Shown here piece by piece: positions 27,685-38,769 of a DNA stretch of 64,000 nucleotides. Source of the DNA: Obrimoposthia wandeli (Eukaryota); NCBI GenBank assembly GCA_977020255.1, contig CDROCS010000866.1:620001-684000 (forward strand), given 5' to 3'. A program made the position numbers and the translations under genes. Under the pieces are notes generated by a model, which made no database searches, had not been told where the DNA came from, and was given only the letters and a program-made list of their open reading frames with translations. Every line of letters begins with the position of its first letter. Position 1 is the stretch's first letter.

Positions 27685-28265
27685 TCACGTGGAAGTTTAG
27701 TGGTTTAAGAAGGAAAATAACATCGACATTAGGGAAATCTCATGGAAGTTGAATGGTTTAACGAGGAAAATAACGTGGAAGTTAGGGAATTCTCATGGAA
27801 GTTGAGTGGTTTAAGGAGTAAAATAACGTTTGAAGTTAGGATAATCCCATGGTAGTTAGGAAAATCTAGTGGAACTTAGGGAAATATTGCAGTAGTTAGG
27901 GAATTCTCATGGAAGTTGAGTGGTTTAACGAGGAAAATAACGTGGAAGTTAGGGAATTCTCACGGAAGGTGAATGGTTTAATGAGGAAAATTACGTGGAA
28001 GTTACGGAAATATCATGGAAGTTGAGTGGTTTAAGGATGAAAATAACGTGGAAGTTAGGGAATTCTCATGGAAGTTGAGTGGTTTCAGGAGGAAAATAAC
28101 ATGGAAGTTAGGATAATCCCATGATAGTTGAGGAAATCTCATGGTAGTTAGGGAAATCTTCCAGTAGTTAGGGAATTCTCATGGAAGTTGAGAGGTTTAA
28201 GGAGGAAAATAACTTAGTAGTTACGATAATCTCATGGATGTTAGGAAAATTTCATGGATGTTAAG
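27685..28265 (+). repeat. Degenerate tandem array, about 53-bp composite unit
   Basis: Recurring TGGAAGTTAGGGAATTCTCATGGAAGTTGAGTGGTTTAAGGAGGAAAATAACG and its subunits. Confidence 0.9.
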
Positions 28266-29819
28266 AGGTTTAAGAGGAAAAAATATAAGGAAAGGGTTTA
28301 AGGAAAGAATAGCATAGAATCAGACCAATATCAAGCCTACCTCTTTCATTAAAGCAGTCATAGATGGATGTTTTTTAAATAACATTCATAATTTAACCTT
28401 ACTTATACATCAATGTTGATTGAAATATTCTACCTTGCAGTTGTTTAAAATATTCTACGTTGTAGTTGTTTAACTTTAAACATTTTGTTGTAAAAACTAA
28501 GATATTAAGACTTTTGAGTTAGATAATCAGGTTAGGCTAAAGGAAAACATTAGAAATTTTATAAGAATGAATCTAATAATCAATAAATCGAGACATATCT
28601 TCTAACATCTCTATCATGAATCTTCTTTCAAAAACTTTCATCCCTAACTTTCAGAGAAATTATCAAATACCATAAATTCATATATTTCCATACATATTGA
28701 TTATTGAAAAACTGAACTTATCAATATTATCAACATCTAATCTCACTATCATCAACCATCATAAAGTGGTTGATAATAGGAATAATGATTTTTCTAATGT
28801 GTCATTGAGATTTAGACTTTGAAATGGAATAATATAGTTAAATATAGAGAAGACTTAGATGTTTTGATTATCATACAAGCTCGCATACAAAGAATCTTAT
28901 ACCAAAATTATCGATAATACACATATTTCATCTATATCATAACACATGTTGTAAATCCTAATAAAACCTTAACAATAATTCATCATAACTATTTTATTGA
29001 TTAATCTATTCTATCAAGTATCTACTGATTATTGAATCTAGGGGCTATGTTTAATATTTCTAAAGATAGAATAGTTTCTCACCATTTTATTAAGATAGTA
29101 CTATTCATTACTAACGTTTCATAAATCATCTAATTCAATAAATATCAATATTCACATCAATATATCCTTAACTTTCGAACTTCTTATAAAATATTAATAA
29201 ATATAAAGGAGAAAATACGTACCTTTATTAGTTAATTCCATAGAGTCCAAACAGAAGTCACTAAGCCACAGGATGCAATCTTGTATATTCCATTGTAATT
29301 CGGTTGGGTAGACATTGATCCATTGATATTCCGGAAAATGACATCATAATATTGGATTTTTCTTCTTGAGTTTCCATGAATAATATGATGACGTTGCTAT
29401 AAATCAGCTTACATGTTTATTTAAATATATCTTTGTTTATATAAAACTGAGACTCAGATTAACCAATAAGAATAGATGATACAATGTTACTAAAAATAGA
29501 TTATTTTATAGGGTTAAGAAGAGGAAAATCTCATAGTGGTTAAGATGTTTATGGAGAGTTGCTGAACATATTTGCACATAATATATGTAAAGATGTCCAT
29601 CTTCTAATTGGTTGATGCAAGTATTGACTAAATATTGCAAGCTTCTAATTGGATAACAAGAACAAGTGAAGTTGGTACATGTGTACATGTCTATATTTAG
29701 ACATAAATACTATTATAATTATTAACGCGCGCGAATCATACCAAAAATTTTTAAAAATTATTTTTGAAAATGTGTCAAAAATATTTTTTAAAAAATATTT
29801 TTGAAAATGTGCCAAAAAT

Positions 29820-29956
29820 NNNNNNNNNNNNNNNNNNNNNNNNNNNNNNNNNNNNNNNNNNNNNNNNNNNNNNNNNNNNNNNNNNNNNNNNNNNNNNNNN
29901 NNNNNNNNNNNNNNNNNNNNNNNNNNNNNNNNNNNNNNNNNNNNNNNNNNNNNNNN
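29820..29956. other. Assembly gap (137 N) inside the element
   Basis: Run of N; true length unknown. Confidence 1.
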
Positions 29957-30233
29957 TGAATAGTAATTTATTAAATTTTATGCAATAAAGCAACATATTC
30001 CATTAAATTATTATTATTACTTAAATAATTGTCTTTGTTTCTATTCTTTAACAAAAACCTTCAAATGAGATGTAAACTTTAAAGTTTTATGAGTAGATTT
30101 AAATATTTGGAAATTTAAATAAATTTAAAAAGGAAATGGTTAAATAATTAATAGTTTAATTTAAGTTTAGTACTTATTTTAGTAAGTAGATCAAACGTTT
30201 TAAATGTCAAAATAAATTGAATAATAAATTCTA

Positions 30234-30310
30234 ATTGGATACGATTCTTATTGGAAGAAATATATTATTTTAGTATAAAAGAATAAAGCAATAAGAAATC
30301 AGTCTCAGTT
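30234..30310 (+). promoter_or_regulatory. Pol II promoter of pPolB (CCAAT boxes, TATA, Inr)
   Basis: ATTGG at 30234 and 30250, TATAAAA at 30274-30280, TCAGT at 30299 and TCAGTT at 30305 (25-31 nt after the TATA start), ATG at 30321. Confidence 0.65.
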
Positions 30311-30320
30311 ATAAACGAAA

Positions 30321-33300
30321 ATGGTAAGATTTTTGTTATTTTTAAATTATATTTAATTTTTCTTTTAGAATTGCAATATGAATAAGAAGTTATGTTTTGT
30401 GAAGAGTCACGTTGAGTGTGACGAGAAGATGAGGAGCTACTTCGCGCAGAAGTATAATGGCAAGCTGTTCTACGTCTGCCCAGTTTGCCTCTCGTCTGAG
30501 GAGATTGTTTGGGAGGAGTTTGTGGAGAAACATCGCCACCATCTTCGACATTTTCAACAGCGCGGAAAGAAATCTATCTTCCAATCGAGAAGTATTATGC
30601 CTACTCCCATGCCTGTTGCTGCAACCTCTGCGCCACATGGTCGAGCTCCTATACCTCGAAGTCAAGTATCTTCTCCCGCGCCTACTCCTGCTGTTAGCAC
30701 TATGCCTACAAATGCTGTGATCGCTCCCATGCCTGTTGCTGCAACCTCTGCGCCTCATGGTCGAGCTCCTAGTCAAGCCGCTTCTACCGCCCCTACTCCT
30801 GCTGCTCGTGTTAGTAGTATGCCTACGGTTGCTTCTCCGAATGTAGTGGCTCCGGTATTTGCTATTCCTGCCGCGACACGTGATCGAGTGCCTACTCCCA
30901 CATCTGCTTCTCCGATTGTAGTGGCTCCGGTATTTGCTATACCTACCGCTACTCGCGCTCGAGTGCCTTCTACGTCTGCTGCACCTGCGCCTCCACTATC
31001 TTCTCCAATAGCTTCAACATCTGCTGCTGCTGCTCCTGTCTCCACATCAAATGGAGTTGGTATGAGCCCCACTAGCGCGCCGATGGTAGCACCTACCCGC
31101 AAGAGAAGTGTTATGCCCACTTCAGGTAGCTCTGCTGCGAAGTTTACCAGGGTTGATCCCGTGAATCGCAAGACAGGCGTTCGCGGGACAATTGAAACAT
31201 TATCATTAGATGTTTCTAATGATAATATGAGTGAATTAGTTGTTCCTCATTCTTTATTAGCAGCTTTAGCTGATTCTATTGCTCGCTTTACTAGTTGCAA
31301 AATCCAATTCGGAGTGCGTGTTGAATTCACCAACGTAGGAGAGACACGCGCTTGGAATTTCTCCAATAGGGGGCTCCCAATGGATGACGGATTTTTGTCT
31401 GCTGGAGTCGATGCAATTAAGAAGAAGATCGAGAATTATTCTCAAAGCGGGAGTAATTGGACGGTCAATCGATTCCTGGAGATTTCGTTTGTTGTCACGA
31501 AAACAACAACGATTAATTATCTCCAGGGAAGTAGCTATATTCCCACTCCATCGGAATTAGCCTTATCACATTGTGTGATTAATGTACAAAACACAAACAC
31601 GTTTTGCTTTCTATATAGCATTTTAGCTATTATTTTTCGGGAGATATTTCGTTGCAATCCTCATCGAGTTAATCAGTATGAAGGGTTGTTACGTGAATTA
31701 ATTTTTGACGAGGATGAGATGCCGATGCGGCTCTGTAATATTGGACGTTTTGAAAGGAGGAACCCAACTCTTTCTATTAATGTTTTCAGCTTTAATAGGT
31801 TCGCAAATGTATCAACAGAGCGGGATATCTTTAAAAATCCCTATGTTGATATAATTTATAGGACGACAAACCCGAACGGAAGGGAAATCAATCTTCTCCT
31901 TTTAGAGATGAATGATAATTTTCATTACGTGGCTATTCCGAAACTCAATAGGCTACTAAATTACAGGAATAGAGGTGTTTCTAATCGCATTCAGTGTACT
32001 TGGTGCCATAAGTGTCTCCACGGGTTCCGGAGACCGATAAGTTACGCCAAGCACGTTCCACTCTGTAGGATGAATTTAGATCATTCTACACTTTATTCAA
32101 TGCCTACAGAGAAGCATATTGAGTTTACGGATTTTTCAAAAACCATTTCTCCGCCTTTTGCTGTTTACGCGGACTTTGAGGCTGTGCTACCGCCACATGG
32201 AATTTATCACCAGATTCAGCTCCCAATCTCGGCCGGTATGCTCATGTCTCCCGTTGCAGCCACCACTGGGTTTACATATGATTACTCAGTTTTCACTGGA
32301 GAAAATTGTGTAGTCTCTTTTTTGCAGAAGTTGGAGGAACTGGCAAAATTTGTTGTACTCCCATGGTATAAAAATCATGCGATTGAGGTTATGCGCCCAC
32401 TTACATCGGAGCAGAATTCAGGTTTCAATGCTGCAGTAATATGCTACCTGTGTAAGAAGAGGCTAGCTAACAAAGTTCGGGACCACGATCACATGACAGG
32501 AGACTATCTTGGAGCTGCGCATTCTAAATGCAACTTATCAAGGAGATTAAACCGCTCTTTTCCCGTTATTTTTCACAATTTGATGGGATACGATATGCAC
32601 CACATACTGAAGCACGCGTTGAATCGATTTCCGCACTGGAGTATCTCTGTCATACCTCAATCGACGGAGAAATTTCAGGCTATGATGGTGCATATTGAGG
32701 GAGTCTGTATCCGGTTTATAGATTCGTTGCAGTTTTTGTACAGCGGGCTCGAGAAACTTGTTGAGAACCTGGGTGTTACTCCATTGACACATTCCGTCTT
32801 CCCACAACATTTGGTGAGCGCAAAGGGGATTTTCCCATATGACATGGCCGTCTCAGAGACTATTACAACTTTACCACCAATTTGGAGCGACAAGATCAAG
32901 CCGGAACAGTATGAGATGGCGAAGAATGTATGGACGCAATGCGAATGCACATCTCTCTGGGACTATATGCTGGTGTACATGAAGATGGACGTCTACCTGC
33001 TGGCTGATGTCTTCACGGCATTCCGCATCAAGGCTATTGCTGACGACGGATTGGAACCACTCAATTTCTTCTCCATTCCTGGTTTGTAACAAAATATTTC
33101 AATATTAAGTAATCAATTTTAGTAAATTATTGTACAAAATAATTGAATCAGTAATTAATTTTAGTAATTTATTGAAAAGTAAATTGATTTTAGTAAATAT
33201 TTTTATGGAGTATAAATATTACTGATTTATCTTTATTTGTTTTCTCATCACAGGATTGACTTTCGCAAGCGCCTTCAAGTCGCTGCTCCGTCCGGAAACT

Positions 33301-34746
33301 GTCTTGGCTTCTACTACTACTACTACTGCATCCACCTCTGCTGCTGCTGCTTGTGTGATCTCTCCCGCGTCTCCTCCACCTGTGCGAGTCGAGCTCATCC
33401 AGGACCCGGAGATGTATCGTCTTTTTCGGTCTGGGATTCGAGGCGGGATGACCTTCGTGAACGAGCACAAGGTGGATGCCATCAACGGTACCGAACTTTT
33501 ATATATTGACGTGAATAACTTATACGGGTGGGCCATGTCCCAGTTTTTACCTTGTGGCAACTTTTCATGGGTTACTGACCGAATTGAGTTGGGGAATATT
33601 ATCAGTAGTCTTAAATCAGCGGATTTGTCCTGTAGTCGCTTCGCTCATTTATTGGAAATAGATTTATCCGTGCCTAATGAGCTACATAATAAATTTGACG
33701 ATCTCCCAATTGCTCCGATTAAACAGCGTCCACCTGGTTGTAAGACTGAAAAATTATTACTAACACATTACCCTAAGAAACATTATGTTGTCCATTCTAG
33801 ATTGCTACAAATGTACATTAGACTTGGTGCTAAGGTAGATTTTGTATATCGAGCAATACAGTTTGAACAAACTAATGTTTTTTCAAAATATATAGAAGAC
33901 AATTCAATAAAAAGAGCTGCAGCTACAACAGATTTCGAGAAGGATTATTATAAACTGAAGGTTAATTCTTTATTCGGAAAACTCATAGAGAATCTGATGA
34001 AGAGAATTAATCTTCGGATTTGTAATACTCCACAGAAGCTGGTTACCTATTGTAGTAAAGCCCAGTTTCGTAGGACTATTGAAATCGATACAGACCTTAT
34101 CGCAGTTCTACTGAATAAGGAAAATATTGTTTTGGATCGTCCTAGTTATATGGGCCAGGCAGTGTTAGATTTAAGTAAACTTCGTATGTATGAGCTGCAA
34201 TATATACAGTTGGAGAAATATCGAGTGCAATTTAACTGCGATATTAGAATTATAGCAGGTGACACTGATAGTTTTTTCTTAAAGTGTAATAATGTAAATG
34301 TGCAAGGATCACTGTTACCTGCTATGGTTGCTGATGGGCTGTTGGATACCTCGAAATTTCCAAAAACCCATCCGTTATATACAACGCTTAATACGGCGAT
34401 AGGTAAATTCAAAGATGAGAGCAAGGGATTATTTAGCTATAGGCAAGGAATATTTCTACGTCCGAAATCGTACAGTTTAGAGACTACTGAAGGTGAATCT
34501 CAGATGAGAGCTAAGGGTATTAGTCTCCAACAGACGAGTATTAGACACGCTAATTACTTGGCGGTGTATGAGAGTGGGGTTAGTGAGCGAGTACAACAAC
34601 AACGTATAAGCTCACTAAATCATCAACTGTTTACTGTAAGGTTAAGTAAAATTGCCTTAAGCAGTACTGATGATAAGAGGAAGTGGATAGCTAAAAATCG
34701 GTCAGTAGCCTATGGTCACTTTTTACACCCTGATGAAATTGTATAG
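30321..34746 (+). CDS. pPolB: Protein-primed family B DNA polymerase, spliced: join(30321-30323,30369-33081,33254-34746), about 1402 aa
   Basis: ExoI VYADFE, HNH/EndoVII-like CYLC...DHDHMTGDYLGAAHSKCN, ExoII IFHNLMGYD, ExoIII YMKMDVYLL, GIRGG, motif A YIDVNNLYGWAM, motif B KLKVNSLFGK, motif C AGDTDS, RPKSY. Splicing the two GT-AG introns gives 4209 nt with no internal stop. Confidence 0.93.
30324..30368 (+). other. 45-nt intron after an ATG-only first exon of pPolB
   Basis: ATG|gtaaga...ttttcttttag|AAT TGC AAT ATG is in frame with the 30378 ORF; strong donor and T-rich acceptor. Confidence 0.7.
33082..33253 (+). other. Spliceosomal intron in pPolB (172 nt, phase 1)
   Basis: CCT G|gtttgt...tttctcatcacag|GA TTG restores SIPG-LTFASAFK. 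The intron is very AT-rich, and the same position and phase is used in the second copy (39521-39866). Confidence 0.9.
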
Positions 34747-34815
34747 TCACTTTTTACATCCGAATGAAATTGTATAGTTTTATTGTGTTTTTATTCAATC
34801 TTTGTGATTTTAGGT

Positions 34816-34821
34816 AATAAA
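34816..34821 (+). terminator. Candidate polyadenylation signal of pPolB
   Basis: AATAAA 70 nt after the stop codon, followed by T-rich sequence. Weak evidence given the AT-rich background. Confidence 0.45.
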
Positions 34822-34964
34822 AATGTTAAAAATATTTGTCTTTGACTAGAATTATTTCGGATTTGACTAGGAATATTATAAATTATTAATTATTTTACTT
34901 CGTTTTTAAAAATGTTAATTTATTATTATTATTATGCTTATTAATAATAATTATGTTTTATTTA

Positions 34965-35590
34965 AATAGCAGCTGTCGCTTAATCTAAACATGACAGCTG
35001 CTGATAACATTACAAAATATTTAATGTAAATAGCAGCTGTCGCTAATCTAAACATGCGACAGCTGTTGATGACATTGCAAAATATTTAATGTAAATAAGT
35101 TATAATGTAAATAATAATTATATTTAGTTTAACGAAGAAGAACAGCTGTCGCTTAAGATAAATAAAGCACTTAACGTGCGACAGCTGTTGATGATGACAT
35201 CATGGAAACATGATTAATTATTTATATTTCCTTCGGGAAACACGAGCAAGCATCAGTGAGGTAATCACCATCTGTCACTTATCTCATCTAAACACATACA
35301 CACGTGACAGATGGTGATTACATCCTCAAGTAATTACACACGCATGCATGCATTATTGATTTAATCACCATCTGCCATTAATCTAAACATACGCATACGA
35401 GACAGATGGTGTCTACATCCTCGGGTAATCATGTACGCATGCATTATTGATGTAATCACCATCTGTCACTTATCTAATCTAAACACATACGCATGACAGA
35501 TGGTAACTACATCTTCGAGTGATAACACATGTATACATTAGTGATGTAATCATCAACATAATCTAAGCATACACATATTAGATGGTATTA
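34965..35590. repeat. Two tandem families of inverted-repeat (hairpin) units
   Basis: Three CAGCTGTCGC...GCGACAGCTG-type units (34970-35190), then 3-4 units of about 90 bp of the type GTAATCACCATCTGTCAC...GTGACAGATGGTGATTAC (35261-35590). Confidence 0.85.
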
Positions 35591-36806
35591 ATAATTTATT
35601 GCAATAATAATAATAATAATAATAATAATTTTATTTAAGTTTACTAATATTATTATTCATATTTCTCAAATATATATAAATTCACATACACTAATATTAT
35701 TTATTACCATCTTTATTAATCATACACACACATACTCCTTTGTTAAATAATTTGTAATATGTATTGCAACTTTTTGCAATATATTAACACCTTTGTTAAG
35801 TATAAAAGGATAAACACACACACACACACAGGATTTTTTCTTTATTACAAATAATTTCTTTATAATACTAACATTACGATAAAGATACTAGAACATACAT
35901 ACATAAAAAATTAACTTTGTTTCTTTATAAAATAAAAATCAATAAAAAATCAATAAATGTTACAAATAATGGTAAATATTTTAGTTACTTATAAAATAAA
36001 AGTAAATTATTTTAAAATAATTCTTTGTAATTATTTAACAATTTATAAATATAATCTTAAATAAACTACTTATAACAAAAATACCACCATATTACATTAT
36101 TTTAATTAAATGACTTTCAATAATCTTGTTATAATGAAAGGATCCTTTGTTGTACATGTTTAAATAATATAATTATGAAATTGATGTATTTAAACAAAAT
36201 GTCTTTATGATGTCTTTATGTTAATAATTTAAACTAGTACATGCATGAGTAATGTAACCAACATGCTAGATGGAATTTACATCATTATTGATGTAATAAA
36301 ACAAATTCTTTATATAATATAGTAAAATCACAAATACTCGTAACCATAACAAATATATATTTGTATTTGTGGGTATTGAAATTGATGCATTAAAACAAAT
36401 TCTTTTGGTAAAATTACTATACATGATCAGCTTTACACATGTAATTAGATAACTGTTAAAATACATAAGCTTTATTTATCAAATTATATAATACTTATTT
36501 TTATTAGTAGATAGTTTAATTGAATTTAGTTTAAATAAATTTAGAAATTATATAATACTTATTTTTATGAGTAGATAGTTTAATTGAATTTAGTTTAATT
36601 TTAGAATTTAGTTTAATTTTTATTAAATAGATAGCTTGCTTAGCTACTTTTAATAGTAAGTAGCTAAAGTTTTAATAAATAATTTTCTATGTGACGTTTA
36701 AAAACATATTTTGTAGAATTTTCCTTTCCCTCCCATCCCTTTCTTTTGTAGTCCTAATGAGGACTTTGGGTTCGTTCTCAAGTGTGTGTGTTTGTGATCA
36801 AGGGCC

Positions 36807-36992
36807 TCATCGCCAGTTTTCATTTGGTAAGATGAGTGGCTGGTCTTTTGATAACCAACAAATGAAGCCCGGGATCTCTTCTACTTCCAGAGCCTCCCGG
36901 AGCATCAAGCCCTCAGCGAGATAACACTTCTCTGCTAGAGTGTGCTCGCTCTCCATAAGCTCCTTTAACAAATTTTGTCGTTTTTCTTCCAT
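36807..36992 (-). CDS. Small protein A (61 aa), unknown function
   Basis: MEEKRQNLLKELMESEHTLAEKCYLAEGLMLREALEVEEIPGFICWLSKDQPLILPNENWR. GC-elevated island, upstream TATATAAG, and a homologous second copy at 38376-38543. Confidence 0.7.
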   Translation of the reverse strand: MEEKRQNLLKELMESEHTLAEKCYLAEGLMLREALEVEEIPGFICWLSKDQPLILPNENWR

Positions 36993-37934
36993 TAAAAATA
37001 ATGAATTGAAACTAAAATATTTCTCTTATATACTCTTCCTTGGTTAATTAATTTTATTGATGCAGTAAAACAAATTCTCTTTTAATTAATAATGGATAAT
37101 ATAATAAAATTTCGAATTAAATAAAATACATATGATATATAATAACTTAGATATATCCTAATTAAATTTTTATTATACATTTAATTAAATGACTTTTGTT
37201 TAAATAATATTATTATGAAGAAAGGATGCTTTGTTGCATATGTTTAAATAATCTAATTATGAAATTGATGTATTTAAACAAAATGTCTTTATGATGTCTT
37301 TATGATGAATAGTTTCTTTGTTACATAGAAATATTGGTACACACATGTACATATGTATATAAGCTTGAAGACACACACACGCACATAAGATGTATTTTGT
37401 TTAAATAATATAATTATGAAGAAAGGATGTTTTGTTGCATATGTTTAAATAATCTAATTATGAAATTGATGTATTTAAACAATATGTCTTTATGATGTCT
37501 TTATGATAAATAGTTTCTTTGTTACATAGAAATATCAGTACACAGGAGTTGAAAGAGTACACACATGTGCATATGTATATAAGTTAAGCTTGAAGACACA
37601 CACCTGATATGTCTTTTGGTGAAGACTGCATGTTAATACAAGCTTACATAGAAATAGTGGTACATACATGCATATATGTATATAAGTTAAGCTTGAAGAC
37701 ATACACACACACACGCAGGAGATGTGTTTTGGGTAAGACTGCATGTTAATACATGCTTTAGATAAAAATATATATAGTTTTAAATAAAGGCAGTACACAC
37801 ATGCACACATATACTATTTAAGCTTGACCACAGACACACACGCACACGATATGTCTTTTGGTGAATACTGCATGTTAATATAGCCTTTAGATAAACAGAT
37901 ATATAGTTTTAAAGAATGTTACTAAAAATAGAAT

Positions 37935-38000
37935 ATGAGTCATCGATGAGTCATAGGATGAGTCATCTATGAGTCATCGATGAGTCATCGATGAGTCATC
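37935..38000 (+). repeat. 11-bp tandem array of ATGAGTCATCG
   Basis: TGAGTCA at 37936, 37947, 37959, 37970, 37981 and 37992. Confidence 0.95.
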
Positions 38001-38375
38001 TTATGACCTCAGCATGACCTTAAATGACATTGTCCTCATGACGTCTGTCCTTAACTTGAACTTAAATGACATTGTCCTCACCGTGACCTTAAGTTGTCCT
38101 CATGACGTCATGACCTTAAGTTGACCTTAAAGTACATTGTCATCATCATCTAGAGAGAAATAATTCTTCTTTGTAATTATTTAACAATTTATAAATATAA
38201 CCTTAAATAAACTACTTATAACAAAAAGTAGCAAAAGTTTTTAAAAATATTTTAACATATTACATTATTTAAAGACTCTAACCTTAGTTAGAGTCTTTTT
38301 CCCCTTTCCCATTCCCTTGCTTATGAGGCCCTAATGAGGACCGGGGGGTTCGTGTGTGTGTGTGTAAGATGAAGC

Positions 38376-38543
38376 TTAGGCTTCTAGTATGATAGGATTC
38401 TCATCATACCAGAAGCAAATGAAGCCTGGTTGCTCCCAGACTTCAAGCGACTCTTGCTTAAGAAACGGCTTTATGAGCCGAGTCTTCTCCTCTAGGCTTT
38501 TCTCACTTGTCATAATAATTTCGATAATTCTTAAATCTTCCAT
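38376..38543 (-). CDS. Small protein B (55 aa), paralogue of protein A; not in the supplied ORF track
   Basis: Manual translation MEDLRIIEIIMTSEKSLEEKTRLIKPFLKQESLEVWEQPGFICFWYDENPIILEA*. 23 of 55 residues identical to protein A by hand alignment; upstream TATAAAAG. Confidence 0.7.
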   Translation of the reverse strand: MEDLRIIEIIMTSEKSLEEKTRLIKPFLKQESLEVWEQPGFICFWYDENPIILEA

Positions 38544-38769
38544 TTTAAAAATTGTGACAAGAAATGAAAAATATTTCTTCTTTTATATGCTCCCTCCTAT
38601 CTTCTAGTATAATTAATTTATTGATGTAGTAAAACAAAAATCAATTTTTTATTTATAATTCATTATATAAAATTATATCGAATTAAATAAAATGCATATG
38701 ATTATTTTATTTATTGAAATTAAATAATATTCATATGATATATAATAACATTAACAAATAAATGTTGTA

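Noticed and set aside
27685-28265. CRISPR-like array
   Set aside because: The units are degenerate copies of each other with no unique spacers, there are no cas genes, and the context is eukaryotic.
29764-29996. ORFs spanning the N run
   Set aside because: Artefacts of the assembly gap.
30390-34424. Overlapping and antisense ORFs within pPolB (e.g. 30390-30776, 30773-31171, 33190-33560, 34146-34424)
   Set aside because: Shadow frames of a GC-richer coding region, with no independent motifs or promoters.
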